From: Chrysomallon squamiferum
Taxonomy: Eukaryota > Animalia > Mollusca
Length of the DNA stretch: 64,000 bases
NCBI GenBank assembly: GCA_012295275.1
Contig: CM022665.1
Span: 15,190,001-15,254,000 of the forward strand
Direction of reading: 5' to 3'
Shown here: positions 48,080-63,900 of the stretch, piece by piece
Layout of the letters: each line of letters opens with the position of its first letter
Position numbering within the stretch: position 1 is the first letter of the stretch
Notes under the pieces: model-generated
Told to the model about the DNA's origin: nothing
What the model saw: only the letters and a program-made list of their open reading frames with translations
Databases searched by the model: none
Made by a program: the position numbers and the translations under genes

Positions 48080-50569
48080 TTTTATTATTATTATTATTAT
48101 TATTAATATGTTTCAATGTTTGGTACATTCTTTAAGAAAATGATAACAGCGGAAATGTTGATGTATCTGCAAGGTTTTATCTTGCTCTGAGGTATGATTC
48201 TTATTATTTCAAATACATTGTCTTAAAACTGACTTTCAACTGTTCAAATAATGCATGCAGTCTAATAACAACATTTGCTCTTGGCTGTTTCATTAAAATT
48301 GTCAAATAAATAATTTATCTTTTATATACATGTACGTGCATGTGTGTTCATAGTAGTAATATAAACAGTGTGTGTGTGTGTGTGTGTGGTTTTATTAAAG
48401 TAATAATAGCATCAAGATCAGTTCTTTTAGTGTAATAAAAATTATAATAAAATTTTTGTATGCATGTAATTTGTGTTTGTGTAAGTGTGTGTGCATGTAA
48501 GTAATTTATAAATTACATTCATACAAAAAATGTATTGCAGTGTGGATGAAAATGTTTATTTTATTAAAATGGCTAGTTATAGATAAATATATCATTGCAG
48601 TTATAAATGTACACTATCTTTGAAAAACTTCTGTATCAAAATTATACAAAAGATGGTTATTAAGTTTCATATCAAAATAATATTCTGTGATATAAATAGT
48701 AAAATAAATCAGATTATTAAATTTCATATTAAAATAAAATTATTTAGCAAAAATAGTAAAGAAAATGAAAATTAAAAAAAATAAAATTAACATTGGGCTT
48801 GTTTAAAAACAGATTTGCTACCTGTGAAAAGTAATGTGTTACAGTTATATAACAATTTATAAACCATTGCATTAAGTCTTACCTTGTTTTTAAGTTCCTT
48901 GATTTTTAGAAATTTGAATGGAAAGAAATTTATATTGAATTTGAAGAAATACTGATGTTGTCAATAAGTTTGTGTGTACATGTATGTTTTTTGTTTTGTT
49001 TTGTAAATGTAGATGTGCATGCATGCATTTCTTTCTGAATGCATTTGTGGATATCAGTGTGTGATTGTGCAGAGGTGTATATGGGCCTATATATAAACTG
49101 ATACATGAACCTTTACCAGTAGCATCACAGTTTTCATTAAATGTCTGTTTCAAAATTCGCTTTTTCTATTAACCACAAAACACAATTACTCCAGTTGAAA
49201 CAAGCTGATCAAAATATTCTTCATGATGTTACATGAGTTTCTAGAAATGTTTAAGCATTCCAGTGTTGCTGCTTGTTACATGAAACAGTTTAGATTATTC
49301 TTTATTGCTTGATCACAAAAAGCCAGTGTTATTGTACAGTTTATTATTTGGTTATCTTGGAAGTTATGTTACTATTTTAATTTAAAAAAATAAATAAATA
49401 AATAAATGAAATGTTCTTTATTGTTATTGTGATCTCTGATTTTGTGATAGAGGTGCATTTTTTTTTTTTTTAAATGTTATTATCAATTATTTTATGTATT
49501 GTTTTTATTAATGTATATTAATTTTTTATTGCAGTATGTCTTTTTTTTTTTTGTTTCTTCAAATGTGTTGTATTTTTCCTTCTTTTCTTCCTTATCTATA
49601 ATGTTGACTGATTATAAGTTTTGAAACAATATTAAAACATGGAAAAATTAGTATTCTTGAATTTTGCAAATCTTTGTTTATTCTAGTTGACAAGTCACTG
49701 TTGTCAGGCAATTCAGAATAAATGAGTTGAAATGGTTAAAAAGAATTTGTGTTTGTTTTATTTTTTAAATTATAAACAGATAAATATGAGATGTGAATTT
49801 GTTTTATATTTCAGATGTGAAATTGTTAAAATTACATTCAGTTTCATTTTTTAAATGTGAATGTTCAGTTTTTAATGAAACTGTTTAAGACCGTTTTTAA
49901 ATAATTGTTGTATATCCAAATAATCACTTTGGTGGTTGAGGTACAATGTTTGCATAACAAATTTTTAATTGATGTCAAAAATAATAAATAAATAAATAAA
50001 TAATAATAAATATTGGGTTGGAACAAATGTTTGTAGCATTTTTCACAAAGTAGTGTTTCAGCATATTTCACACAAGTAAAATATGACATATTTTGAAATG
50101 TGAACAAAATATCTAAATACTTAAAAAAACTATGAACTTTTGTTCCAGTCCAATAAATTATTAAGAAATAATAATAATAATAATAATGGAAAACCACCAA
50201 CAACAAAGTTAGAATTTTCATATTTTTATTTGTAAAACTGTTTAAGCTGGATCAACATTGTGATTATATTCTTTAAGATTATAAAATGTATATTAGATTT
50301 TAATCTTGCTCACAAAGAAAATAATCAATGAAATGATTATTTTAAAAACATATTTAATAAATATAAACAACAAATTCAGACAGGCAATTGTAAAACTTAA
50401 TGTTAGGTATCCAAAAGATTGGAATATTTTCCAAGATTAATATAGATACAGATACGGATAGATATATAGATCAAATTTATTTTAGCAATGTGTATTTGTG
50501 GTTGTCCTGTTTTCTTTTTTCCTTGTTTTTATTTGTTTATTTATTTAACGGCAACAGTTTTAAAATGTG

Positions 50570-50785
50570 TTCTCTCATTTCATAGAAAATCTCTAAATGT
50601 TTCTTCACCAGTTTCAAAATTTATTCTTTCATTTCTCAGTGACAAATTCAAAAAATGTACTTTCACATCTGAGGAATTTCAAACTGTGTTCCTTTACTTT
50701 TGAGTAACAAGTTCAAAGTATGTTCCTTCACTTCAGAGAAAGGATATTGAAGTGCATTCTTTCACTTCTGAGAAACAATTCACAC
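50570..50785. repeat. Degenerate ~33 bp minisatellite
   Basis: Repeated TTCAC(A/T)TCTGAG..ATTCAAA..TGT(G/T)TTC units. Confidence 0.5.
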
Positions 50786-51359
50786 CAATCTTGAAATACA
50801 TGCTATGTAGGTTATATATAACTTCGGGAACAACAGGAGTCTATAAACAGTAATTTCACTCTATGTCAAATCTATAAAAATAAAACCAACTTAGAGTTAC
50901 ACTTACTACACTTGAAAAAACTATAAATCAGTTTCAAATTAATTTACATTAAACTTGCTAAACTATCAAATCAAACAAAACAATTTATTTGTGGTCCAAA
51001 TCTTGTAAAACAATATCCAAAAATTTATTTTAAAATATATAACCCAAATTTCTAAGTCTTACAGAAGGATTTAATAAGATAAACTAACAATGACTTTCCT
51101 AGATGACAACATATTACAAAATAAACAGATCAATTAATAATCACAATACCAGACTTCAAAAAGTTACAAGGAAGATTAAAAATCAATGTTTTATTATTAT
51201 GTGTTAGTCTTTTAGAAAAATCTAAGAACTTAGGCTACAATTTGAGTAAAGTTTCCTACAGATTCTGGTTGTGAAGAAGGGTTAAAAAACAACATTACAT
51301 TTACTTGTATATAATTAAACTGACATCTGAGAAAGGAATTTAACATGATTACTTAGTGA

Positions 51360-51890
51360 TTTTGTTAGTTGTCCAAGTCTGTAAAAAATATTTTAGACTG
51401 TAATGTTATTTCATTAGAGATTCAAGTCACTTTTTCTGATAAATTTACAGGGTTTATTATTATTATTATTACTGTTGTTATTATTGTTATTGTTATTATT
51501 ATTAAAAAAGATTTCAATTGCAAGACCTTTCCAGATCCTATTGTTATTTCATTAGATTTCAAGTTTTACTATTTCAGCTGATAGACATTTAATTAGTTGC
51601 CCAAAGGTTAGAAAACAATTTGATATCTTAATCTTATTTCATTAAATATATGATTTCTGATAAATTCATGGTGTTTTTTTTTTTTTTTTTTTAGTTGTTA
51701 AAGCCTAACAAAACATTTCCGATCCTAAGATCATTTCATTAAATGTTCAAAGCCAGCAAAATATTTCTGACCTTGTTTCATTAGATATACAAATCTTATT
51801 ATTTAATATAAATTTACAATGGTTTTCTTAATTTAGAAAACCTAACAAAACATTTCTGCTCCAAATGTTATTTCATTAAATGTTCAAGCC
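51360..51890. repeat. Degenerate tandem repeat downstream of the NEF1-like stop
   Basis: TTATTTCATTA(G/A)AT.TTCAA motif near 51405, 51544, 51634, 51733, 51775 and 51868. Confidence 0.5.
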
Positions 51891-51999
51891 CAACAATTTA
51901 AGACAAGTTCAGTGGAAATTTCTTCTCCATCCAAGTCTTACAAAATTAACACGAGTAAGCTAAACAGCTGTTATTTTTCAAATTCTATCTCTGTCTGCG

Positions 52000-54900
52000 T
52001 CAACTGTCAGGATGTTCCACACCATAGGGTATCATTGGCAGTTTAGCTATCATTAACCACACGCCAGATATGAGACCAGTTGAGGCGAGGGACCATGTTG
52101 TGTACGTGCTGGCTACGAGATAGAGTACAGTGTTGAGAGGAACAGTGAAAACCACAGCCTTTTCTGAGAGTATTTCATCCTTCCACAACACTCCCCATAA
52201 CACAACGTACACAGGAATTGTGATAATGATGATGAAGATTTCGCTAAGTCCAAGCAGTATTGTGAAGAAGCCGGTGTTGGTGATGATGATGTTTCTGCAA
52301 ATGGAGGCGACGGTTAACACACACACTGAAGACAGAATGGTTGGAGTCATGTGGTTGTTTTCATTGAGGTTGTGGAACAGTCTCTTGTCATTCTGAAGAC
52401 AAAAGAGAATCAGGCTCGAAGCACAGCACTGAAAAATATAAAATATAATAAAATATGAAATTAAAATACAGTGGCAAAATATGAAATAATATATGTTTGG
52501 TTTTATGTAAAATAATATAATGAAAACATAGTAGTAAAATTGAAATAACATATGTATAAAATAATATAATTAAAACATAATAGTAAAATTGGAAATAATA
52601 TATATTTAGTTTAATATAAAATAATATGATCAAAACAGCAGTAAAAGTTGAAATGAAACTAATGCTTGATTTTTACCTGGCAAAAACATAATCATTTACC
52701 TACACATCTACATTCATCTATCTAAACATACATTATGTAAGTCTATATTTATACTGAATCATATCTCAGCACTTGTCTACACAAATAACAATTAATGACA
52801 TATTTATATCTGAAACAACACACATTATAAACAGGTAACAATATAATAATATTTACCCATATCTCAACATTTAACTATATATTAATACTCCCCAATTTAT
52901 CAGAGCTTATCCACATATCAACAATTAACTATATATTAATACATACTTGTGTAACAAAGATTGCCCACATATTAATCACATGTTAATACTCAAATGCATA
53001 TTAACATCAACAGTTAACCACACATTAATTACTATTCACCTACATATCAACAGTTAACTGTATATTAAAACATATCCATGTAACAGAAGTTACGCACGTA
53101 TAAATATCAACAGCTAACCATACATAAACACTCACCCACATATCATGAAGAAAGCCTTCAGGGCCCTGTGTACAAGCCAACAAAAATGCTGAGACTGTTG
53201 ATATGTTTGCCAGTAAAGGAATAATGGAAACATTTTTTTCTTCTTTAGGTCTTGTTAGTGGCAAATTGTTAGCACCCTGAAAAATATTTAACAATTTATT
53301 TAATCAACAAACTTATAGGATAATAATTAAAGATAATTTTTAGTTAATAATTATTAAAACCATTTAATTAATTACAAATTACAGGCTGAAGATCCCTTAT
53401 ATGAAACTCTGAAATCACAAAAACCCTGAAATCCGAAACTGTTTCTGGGCAATGGAAATATAATATTTTAGTTTTCAGACTGTTTTGCATACACAAGCAT
53501 GTTTTATCAAAAATGTTATATAAAATATCATGCAGACTATCTGGGTAAGAAATAAAAACTAAATGTGTATTTAAACTTAGTTCCTTTTCTCAGGGGATCT
53601 CCCAACATTCCAAAATCTGAAAATGTCTGAAATCCTAAATATTTCCAGTCCCTAGAATTCTTGGATAAAGGATATATTTAATATATATCATTTGATAAAT
53701 GATATTAATCTGTGAAATGCTGATCAGCTATGTTAAAAGTCCTAGTACACTGTTGTCTTAGATATTCCATATATTTTAGTAACAATGGTAAACAAGATGT
53801 TTTGTAATTTATGTTTTTATTTTGATATCACTTGATTTGATCCTTTGTACTTTGTTTTTTATTTACTATTATTATTTTTAAGGTCATCATCATCATCATT
53901 ATAATCATCATATCCCTCTATTATTATTAATATCTTTCTCATTATTATTGTATTTTCTGGTATTTATTGCTATTATTAATATTATTCTAGTATTATTATT
54001 ATTATTTATTTATTTATAAATGTGACTCACCTTTTTAAATGATAACATTTTGAGAACAATACTTGCACAGGCTGTGGTTATTACAGCAGTCTTTAAAACA
54101 GGAAGTGATGTCACAGTAGGCATAGGATCCATGAAGGTTATATCAAGCACGAGCAAAGCAAAAAATGATAATCCCAGAGAAAGATATCTGCAAAACATTA
54201 ATTTTTCACATGTTCTTTATCAGAATGGTTATCATTTAGCCAAATTCATGTACTATTGATTACAAAAGGTTTAATGATGGGTGGAACTCAAAAGTAAAAC
54301 TCCTTTACTGAGCTATTAAAATCACTGAATTAATTTGTCTGAGATGTAACTATCTGGCTTTTCCCAATCCAACCAATGCCTTTTTAATCAAAGGTTTTGG
54401 CATCAACATTCCTTTCTGTGGGAAATATATAAACAAAAGATCCCTTGCTGCAGATTCACAAGATTAATGCACTCAGTGACCAGCAGTGAATTTTCTTTCT
54501 GATATCACCATCTTGTACAGCTTATGTTTAGAAAAAATAATAATACCGAAGAGTTGTTGGAACACAATTACTTGATTAGCTCCCAATATGATATCAAAAG
54601 GTAACAATTATTTCAGTGTTTGCGGTTCTTAAAAATGTATCAAAATCTTACACTTGTTTAATGGTTCGTTCCAGGATGTGTGAAAGTGATTCTGCTTTGA
54701 AGTAGATGATGAACAGCAGCAGCAAAGCACTGATGATGATTGTGTAGAAAACAACATGCCACACTGAAGGAATAAATCCATACATCTGAAAATTAAGGAA
54801 TCATTTTTCAAATTAAACTTAGCAAAAGAGAAATTGTTATTATTTTAATGTAACAATAACAACAACAAAAACCCACCAAAAAACAAAAATTTAATGAAAA

Positions 54901-57900
54901 ATCTCAACAAATGTTAACAACAAGAAACCATTAATATTTATATCTCAATAATGTGAACTTTTTAATAATCAAATCCTTACAACAAGAAATCTGTAATATT
55001 TAAAACTGAAGAAGAATGAGAAATCTCATAAACTGAATAATATAACCAAAAGTTGATTTCAGCATGTTTAACTTCTTGATATATTTGATTGTTTGTGGAA
55101 AACTATTTTTACAGATTTCCCTTTTTGAACTATTTTGGGGAAATACTTCTAACTTTTTTTTCCTTCTTCTTTTTTTAAAAATAATTATCAGTGTTTGACC
55201 ATCAGTCTCATTAGTAGATCAGATATATATTTAGTTTTGGGAAATTTATTTTTAAATGTCTGTGAAATATCATTAAACAAACTCCTATATACTAATAAAA
55301 AAGTTTTACATACTTTTTTTTCACTAAAAATATATATATTTAAATAAACAATAATTTTTAAAAATTGGAAAATATCTAAAACTATACCTGCATAACAAAA
55401 GAGTAACCAGAACAGAATCCAGCAGTAAAAGAGGTAACAAAAATGGAGGCAGTTGTCATAGTAATGTTACTGGATACAATGGCAGCCAGAACAAGAAAAC
55501 TTATTATTTGACCCCACTGGAATAATGATGATCTGGATAAAAAATTTGAAGATGATGATAATAATAATAATAAATTTAAATTAAAAAATAAATAAATAAA
55601 CAATGTAATTTGTCAACATAAATTCATACTAAAGGCAAAAACATACTGAAAGTAGATTTATCCAATTTTTAGTTATTTTTATTTTTATTTATCAGTTTAT
55701 TTATTTTATGTGGTAGTTACATAAGAAAATATGTATCAAAATCATAGGTTTAACTTTAAACCTTTAACATATGTAACAACTTAAAAATCACAGACTACTG
55801 TGGACAAAATAAGGTCAGCAAAAAATAAGAATATTAACAAAAAAAAAAAAAAAATAACAAATTTCTCAGAGAACTAAAATATTTCTTGTCAATATTCATG
55901 AGTTTGTGTTTTTTTCATTATTTTTAAATGAACCCTCTCTCACTTTTTCTAACTTTGACTGAGTTTTATTTAAGTCAACTTACAGAGTAAGTGTAAGGTC
56001 TGGATGAATGCCAAGCACACACACGCCTGCCAGTAACATGAGCAGAGTAAATCCTTTTATATCTGCAGAAGATGATGGGTGAATCTGCGACATAGGTATT
56101 GTTACAAGTCCCCCTGTGATGAACCAAACACCTAAATAAAAATTTTTAAAAAAAAGTTTAAAAAAAAAAAAAATTAATGTAAAAATAAAACATTATAATA
56201 ATAATCCCCACCAAAAAAGAATAAAAAAAACATAAATAACTAAATAAATAAAAAAATATATATATAATAAAATTTAAAAAAATAAATAAATATTAAAAAA
56301 ACCTTACAGAAGTTGTTTACCAGAATTTAAGTAAAACTAATATTAAAATCTGGTTTACTGTTATTTTTGCTGTTCACTTATAAACCAAATATATAACTAA
56401 AAAATAAATAAATAAACATAAAATAAACTATACAGAAGTTGTGTGCATTATAATATAAATCTAAGTAAAAACAAAGTTAAAATTACATACAAGTTGAAAC
56501 AGTAGTTTATACCTAAATAAAAGAAGTGTTGAAATAAAACAAAATAAAACATAGATCTGATTAAATGTAAAATATTAGCATGGAAATGCAAAATTTATAA
56601 ATAAATAAAAATAAACTAAATAAAATGGACAAGTATTTGTAGACTAGAATTATTATGATAATATACTTTATCATTTTGCTCTACTATTGGAAAGTGTGTT
56701 ATAATAAAGTTCTTACCAATCAAATCTATAACAGTAGACTTTTGATTCCACAGATTCTGGCAGATAAGTGAGATGACAGGATAAGTATTAAGAGCAAGTG
56801 ACAACAGCAACAATCCAACACTGGTAAAGACCTGAAACAAAACATTAAATACTTCTGTAATTAATTGTGTGTGTGTAAAAACTGTCCACATAAAATTCAA
56901 AATGTTTTACCTCTTTTTAAATAATTATTCATTCTGATATTTTTGAAGTTAAAGGCACATTAAAGGCACTTTCTTGATTAACTAAAAACAAAATATTTTT
57001 TTTTACATTTACTTTTTTAAAAACAGCACTTACACTTTCAATCAATTTTAAAAACCTTTTTCAAATCAATTTTATCACATTACAATTAGAAATAAAACAT
57101 TTTCTCTTACCTTTTTTGGTGAAATTTCTGTCTTTGACTCATAAACATATGATTTAAGAACAATACAAATGAAGAAAAATAGACATATGCAGTTGATTAG
57201 AGTTATCTTCTCCTGTGATGTAGAAATTTCCGGAATAAGAATGGTTGTCACTTTGACCAGGTGTACTGAGGAGCTGAGCAGAACCGCTCTCGTTGATATT
57301 TTCTCAGATATTTTTAATCTACAAACAAAACAATTATTACATATTTATATATCAAACTAGCTGAAACAATTGTCTCTTTGGAAAAAAATCTGAAAAGTAC
57401 GTATGAATTATATATGTAACTGTATGTTTATACACACTACATATAGAATATAGAATAACAGAGATAAACCTCAATTTAATAATTTAGTGTAAAATTAAAA
57501 TGAATTATTTTATGGTCTTACATTCGAGGACTATCATAAAATACTGTGTGAGCATAATACTAAAAACAAAAAATACAAAAAAAATTAATGCACAAAATAG
57601 TACTTTTTATTTTTGATGATAATTTCTATAAAACATATGATGTAAAGATTTACCTGTATTAATCATAATAATATGAGATATACACAGTCAATTTACCTGT
57701 ACAGCATATATGTTGCTAGGATACCAGTAGTGACTGATATGGAGATGCTGCAAAGACCAGAATGTAGCAGTGCCAGTTCACAGAAAACAAGAACTAAAAC
57801 ATCAAAATATTAAATTTTAGTATTTTCATCAATACATATTTTCTTTATATTTTCATAAATAAATATTTTCTTAACATTTTCATAAATAAATATTTTCTTA

Positions 57901-60900
57901 ACAGTTTCATGAATAAATGTTTTCTTAATATTTTTCTATAGTAAACATGAAGATGTTTCAATAAAAGTCTTTGTATGTGTGTGTGTGTGTTTGATCACTG
58001 ATGGTCACACTTCTGTAGATGTATAATTTAAATATGGTTAACTTGAAACATTTCAAGTTGATAGGCTTATTTTAGCTAATTTGTAACCAAAAGATCTGTC
58101 AGTAATTTTATAATAAAATCTTGAAACAAACCCCCCAAAAAACACAATTATGACATTTATCATTATAAATATATTAATTCTTTTGAAAAAAAAGTGGTAA
58201 ACTTATATATTAATAATCAATATATATAAAGTAAATAAAAAAAATATATATTACTACCCCAAAAAACCAAATACTATTCCTCTTGATGCCCACCTCAGAA
58301 AAAAAAAAGAGGATAAATTTGTTTCCTGAATAAATACATCTTTTTTCATCATATGTAACACCAGAAACTGTTGAAATTCACAAGTGTATTGTTTAGTAAA
58401 TTTTAATATCGCAAAGATTATGAAGAATTTTAACTAATTATTTCAGTTAAAGAAAATGTTTAAATTGTTCAAATCCACAATATAGTCATAAGATACTTAA
58501 CGAATAATTTTGACTAATTATGCAAGTGAAAGATACTGTTTAAATTCCTGACATCCACAATATATTCATCAGTATTTAATATACAATTTTAACTGATAAT
58601 GTAAGTAAAAGATGATATTTACCTAATGATTGAATACACATAAGAAATCCAAGCAATTCACTACTTCCATGAGTAGCTACATAGAGACAGGCTATACACA
58701 ACAAGAAGTTAAACATCAGCAGAGCAAAGAAAATGTTGATGTGAATGTTGTCTAGAAGATAGTATCTAATTATTGATAAGGAATTTTCAACAGCATGATC
58801 AAAACTGTTAAATGGTTTCAGGTCTGTTATTTATTTATTTTTTTTACCTCCTAAAATGAGAGAGCAAACCCCAGCCACTAGTTTTACTGGAATATTTTGT
58901 ACGTTCTTCCCAAGTGTTTGTGTGTGCATGTAACTAGACTGTGGTTTATTCTGAAACAAACAAAACTAGAATGGTGCAGTGTGACTAATGTGAACTTTAT
59001 GATGATCATGACAAAGATGACGAAGAAGAAGAAGAAACAGTATACAGAGGTTATTAATATATATATATGACTGAACAAAGGATACTCTAGCTGCCATGGT
59101 AATACAGACATCCAGTAGGAAAAAAGAACAGTGAGGCCCAGCATCAACACCAGAGAGCCCAGCTGAGTAAAATAATAAAATAAAATAAAATACATGAATG
59201 ATATTAATAATAATAATAATAATAATAATACCAACAAAAATATTAATAAATAAATAAATAAATAACACATAAATATTAAAGTTAGTAACATGTTTAAGAA
59301 AACCAGTCATTATGCATGCTCATAAATATATATATATATATTTTTTTCTTTTTAGAAAAAATCCCCCTTTTTTTATAAATTAAATATCATACATCATTTA
59401 CAATATGGATCACAATAAGCTAAAGTAATACCCAGTATTTTTGGTGATTTAGGAACAAGCCAAGAACTGCAAAAGCTACAATACAGACTGGAAGCCATGA
59501 TAGAAAATGTGATGAAAGATTGAGCTTCTGAAGAACAGGAAACAGCAACAGAGTGGCAACCATCCCACTGGTCCATCGAATTCGGATTGCAATTGTGTAC
59601 TCCCAGCCTATATACAGATTTTAAGATTTAAAAATTAACACCAATTTCAAAGTAATTACAAACCATAATTAACAATTACATAATAACTGAAATTAGCCAA
59701 AATGTATTTTCATGATTCTGGGTCACTTAATTAACAATAATATAATTAGATGTTGTGTGTTTGTCTGGGCATATAATAAAAATGTAAGATTTAATAAAAA
59801 TAAGTAAAAGAATTATGAAATATTAGTAGAAATTAATATATTAATAATTACTTTTTAACAATCCTTAAACACAAAATATTTATTATAACAAACATATACA
59901 AAAAACCAGTGAATATAATTACAGACATTTAATGAAGATACCGTGTATTTAGTATCTCCATCACAGAAGAGGGTATAGTCTCTAATAGCAAATATTTGAA
60001 CTGTGTTAAAAGTAGACAGTACCAAGCCACCATAAAGTACAGTGTCATACAATACATTAGAGATTCTGTTACAATTTATTGTTATTACTAGAGCAATCAC
60101 TAAGAGCAAGAGGATAAACAATATTGTATGTATTTATAAACATATATATGTTATTGCTGTTGTTGTTTGAATTTTATTTTATTTTATTACAACATCATAT
60201 ATATATATAAAATAATAACAGGATAAAATGATAAAAATATTGTGCTGAATTCTGACCTGCATATTCAAAGAACTGTCTAATGCTTAGCAGGGTTGAAAGA
60301 AACAGACTAAGAGATACTGTAAACAAAAGCTGGATCTGAAAAAGAAACCAAATTTAACATTAAATAAAGAAAATGTCTACAGACCTCTAACAATTTTTAT
60401 ATAAAAATGTCATGGATCACTTTCTAAAGATCCTGGTATATACTGTATGAAATAAAAAAGACAGACACCAGAATTCATTTTCCTAAAAAATACATTTAAT
60501 TGTTTTGCTTTCTAAGACAAACTTTCATCAAATTACTGAAGAATTTCCAAACACAAATGTATATATTGCAATATATAATTTGCATATAAACATTCTCCTA
60601 AATATTTTTCTACACTAAACACTTTAGGCCAAATATACGACAGGTGATCATCTTAGCTGCATGTATGTCTTGAATGCTGATAAAATCACACTTCTACACA
60701 CTGGCTAAACACCTGGGTTTATTGTACAATATCAGATGATGAACATGTGCAACTTACACATGTTTTGAGATTTGATTACTAAAACAGACACATCATATAG
60801 TTACAGGATAAACAGCTTTCATGAATTTAATCTTTTGATTTGAATTTGTCCACTAAATAACACATCTCAGTTTGTTATATTAAACCTAAGTGATACATGG

Positions 60901-63900
60901 AAAAGACTGTATGTAGCTAAATGGTAATGATAAACTAAACTTTTGGGTCAATGGATCAATCTCCATCAGTGCTCAAACTGAGTTTTTCCTTTTCCAGGAT
61001 GTCATAACTAGTTTATCAAAGGATTTGGTATGTAAAGGAGTGAATAAAAGATAGTAGCAGTCAAAGCAACAGTGAAATCTCATTCATTTTTAATTGTATC
61101 ATAGTAGAGAAACTGTTTGTTTTAAACATAAGTGATATGAAAATATACAGATATGTCACTAAACATTTATACATGAATACATATATAAACAAAAATATAA
61201 TAATAAATTTATTATCACACACACACTTATCTATCTCTCTAGCTATATATACATACATATACATAAGCACACACTTATATGTATTTTTGTTTGTTCTTTT
61301 TAATGATTTCAACTGACCAGTGAATTTCGACTCAAAATGCTGTCAACAGCAGCAAAGATGGCCATTGCACAGTGAAGAAACGAAGGAAACAAACAAAACA
61401 CACAAACAATCATGGCTACATAGGGCTGCTGGATGATATTCAGATCCTCGTCATCTTTCATTGTTTGACGAAATGATGAGATAGAAGGAACAAGAAACAA
61501 CTGAAGGAGAACAAATCTGAAAACAAAATATAAATATGTATTTTTTTAATTTTCACAAATTAAATCAATCAAGTGAAATTCTTTTTGCTTTTCCAGTGTT
61601 GTTGTTTATCTTCTTGAATAAAATTTGTCAAATTATTATACATATTTAGTTTTAACAAGTTTAAAAACAAACCAAGCCAACTGTTTTATATCTGTTATTA
61701 GTTCTACACAAACCACATTATCAGCTTTTAAAGAAAGTATTTTGTTAAAAATAATTGCCAATATTTATTTCTAATCATTAATTATAAATATTTGTTTCCA
61801 TTATGATGGTCTTAAATGCCTAATCAACATAAATTTTAAATTAAAATAATAATAACAATAATGTTATTGCTGCTGATAATAATAATAATAATGTAATGAC
61901 AATGCACAGTTCATGCAAGCGGGTAACACAAGTGAAATAATAGCCCTATTGTACTAAACTCTGCCTTACTTTTACTCCATTGCAACACTCAAAGTCACTT
62001 TCTTTTTTCATTTTTTTATTATTATCATTTTTTTTAAACATATCATTTTGAAGCTGAACATCTATTTATATTATGTGATCAGCATGTGAACTTCTGTTAT
62101 TTCTGTCAAACATTTATTAATAATTCAGTTTTATAAATAAAATGGACTGGATGAATAAACCACAAACAAAATAATGTTAAAAATAATACTGCTGACTTTT
62201 CCACTTTCATCGTTTTCATTTACAACGAAACTGGTGTAAGGATTATTAATAAACCTTCTTTGTTTTTCTGCAAGCCAGACTTTTTTAACAACAACAAACA
62301 CAAATCTCCTTCTTATTCTGTTCATAAATTGATACAGACTTTGTGTCTACAAATGAATACTACAGAGACACCTGTCTATCACTAACTGGTCATATGGAAG
62401 ATCATATGACCAATTGTACAAATAGCTTCAAAAATGCACTGTTTTACTGATGTGATTACAGTTTGACAATAAACACAGTCTTTTAAACTAGTATACAAAT
62501 TAAATTAATTGAGATGGACATGATAAAGACTGTACAGAATTATATGTACAGTAAAGATTACAATTAACAAACCAACAGAAATAGAAGTCAGACTGGAGGA
62601 AGCAGGCTGCATGTAATTGTAAACAAATATAAGAATACAAATTTTATTAAATAATTTTATCACTCATGGCATGAGTCTGTATGCAATATTTTGTTTAAGG
62701 CCCAGTTTTATCAGAAACAGAATATTAATGTATACATGCAGATTATTAAATTTTATGTTTGTGACAGTGGCTTGGCTATGTCATATTGTCTTACTTCACC
62801 TTCATAAAACCTCACTTTGTCTAGAGGGAGAAGTGACTACTCCCTATTTTTCTAGCCTAATGCGAACCCTGTGATGATGTTGCATGTGTGAATATGTCGA
62901 CACATCCTTAACCATGAATAAATATAAATTAAAAACTTAAACAAACCCTATTCCTAGAAGTACTAGTGGTGTCATCTGTAACTGTATTACAGTGGATACA
63001 GCCCAGGTCATCAGTAACACACACACACCAGGGTAGAGTGTGAACAAAAAGAGCTCAATCACCTGAAAGAGATTATTATAATTAATCTAAAAACATAATA
63101 TTTTCTATATATTAACAGACCAAAGAGCGCATTATTACAAAATTCACTGATACATGTGACTGAAGATAAAAAACAAATCTCTAATACTAATAAAATATTT
63201 GTTAAATAATATCTGAAAGGATCTGAGTTATTTTAGATATTTATAGAATGTCACATAAAACTGGAATTGTAGTCCTAAAAAATGACAACAGAAGAACTTT
63301 TATTCATTAATGTGCTTAGTTTGTTCACTATTATATATAATATAAGTCTGAGAGTCTAAATCAGTAATACTATATTATTAGTTTTTAACTGTTCAGTCTA
63401 GGATCCCAGATTTATTTGGCATTTTTATCTTTATGTATAATTTATAATGATTTCTAGTTCTTTTATGTATGAACTTATACACATATATAGGCATATATCA
63501 TTATATATAAAACAAATTAATTCAAAATTACTTCACAAAGATAAGGTTCCTCCATTCTGAATGATGGAAACTGCAAGAGTGCCCAGCCTCCAGTCAAAAT
63601 GACATACATGTTGACTGCACCTATCAAGAACAGATTCCACAAAGAGAGCCTGAAATATACAATAATTTTATTTTAGTCCACAAGTTATAAATATACAAGA
63701 AAATATACAAGAAAAAAAAATAACGACAGCCTTTATGAATCTTTGTTGATTTGTTATATTATTAATATTCTTTATTATTATTATTAAAAGTTGGTATTCA
63801 ATAATACAAAAAAGTAATTATTTGGAAATATCCAAAATGTATTTATAATATGATGATGATCATCATCATCATGTTGCTAGCTCTTTTCATATTGACATTT

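Noticed and set aside
45000-51990. Short ORFs between USP47 and the NEF1-like gene
   Set aside because: AT-rich low-complexity translations with no coherent exon chain or domain.
59394-59576. ORF MDQWDGCH...
   Set aside because: Wrong frame of NEF1-like exon 59607-59432; the phase-consistent frame reads GWEYTIAIRIRW...
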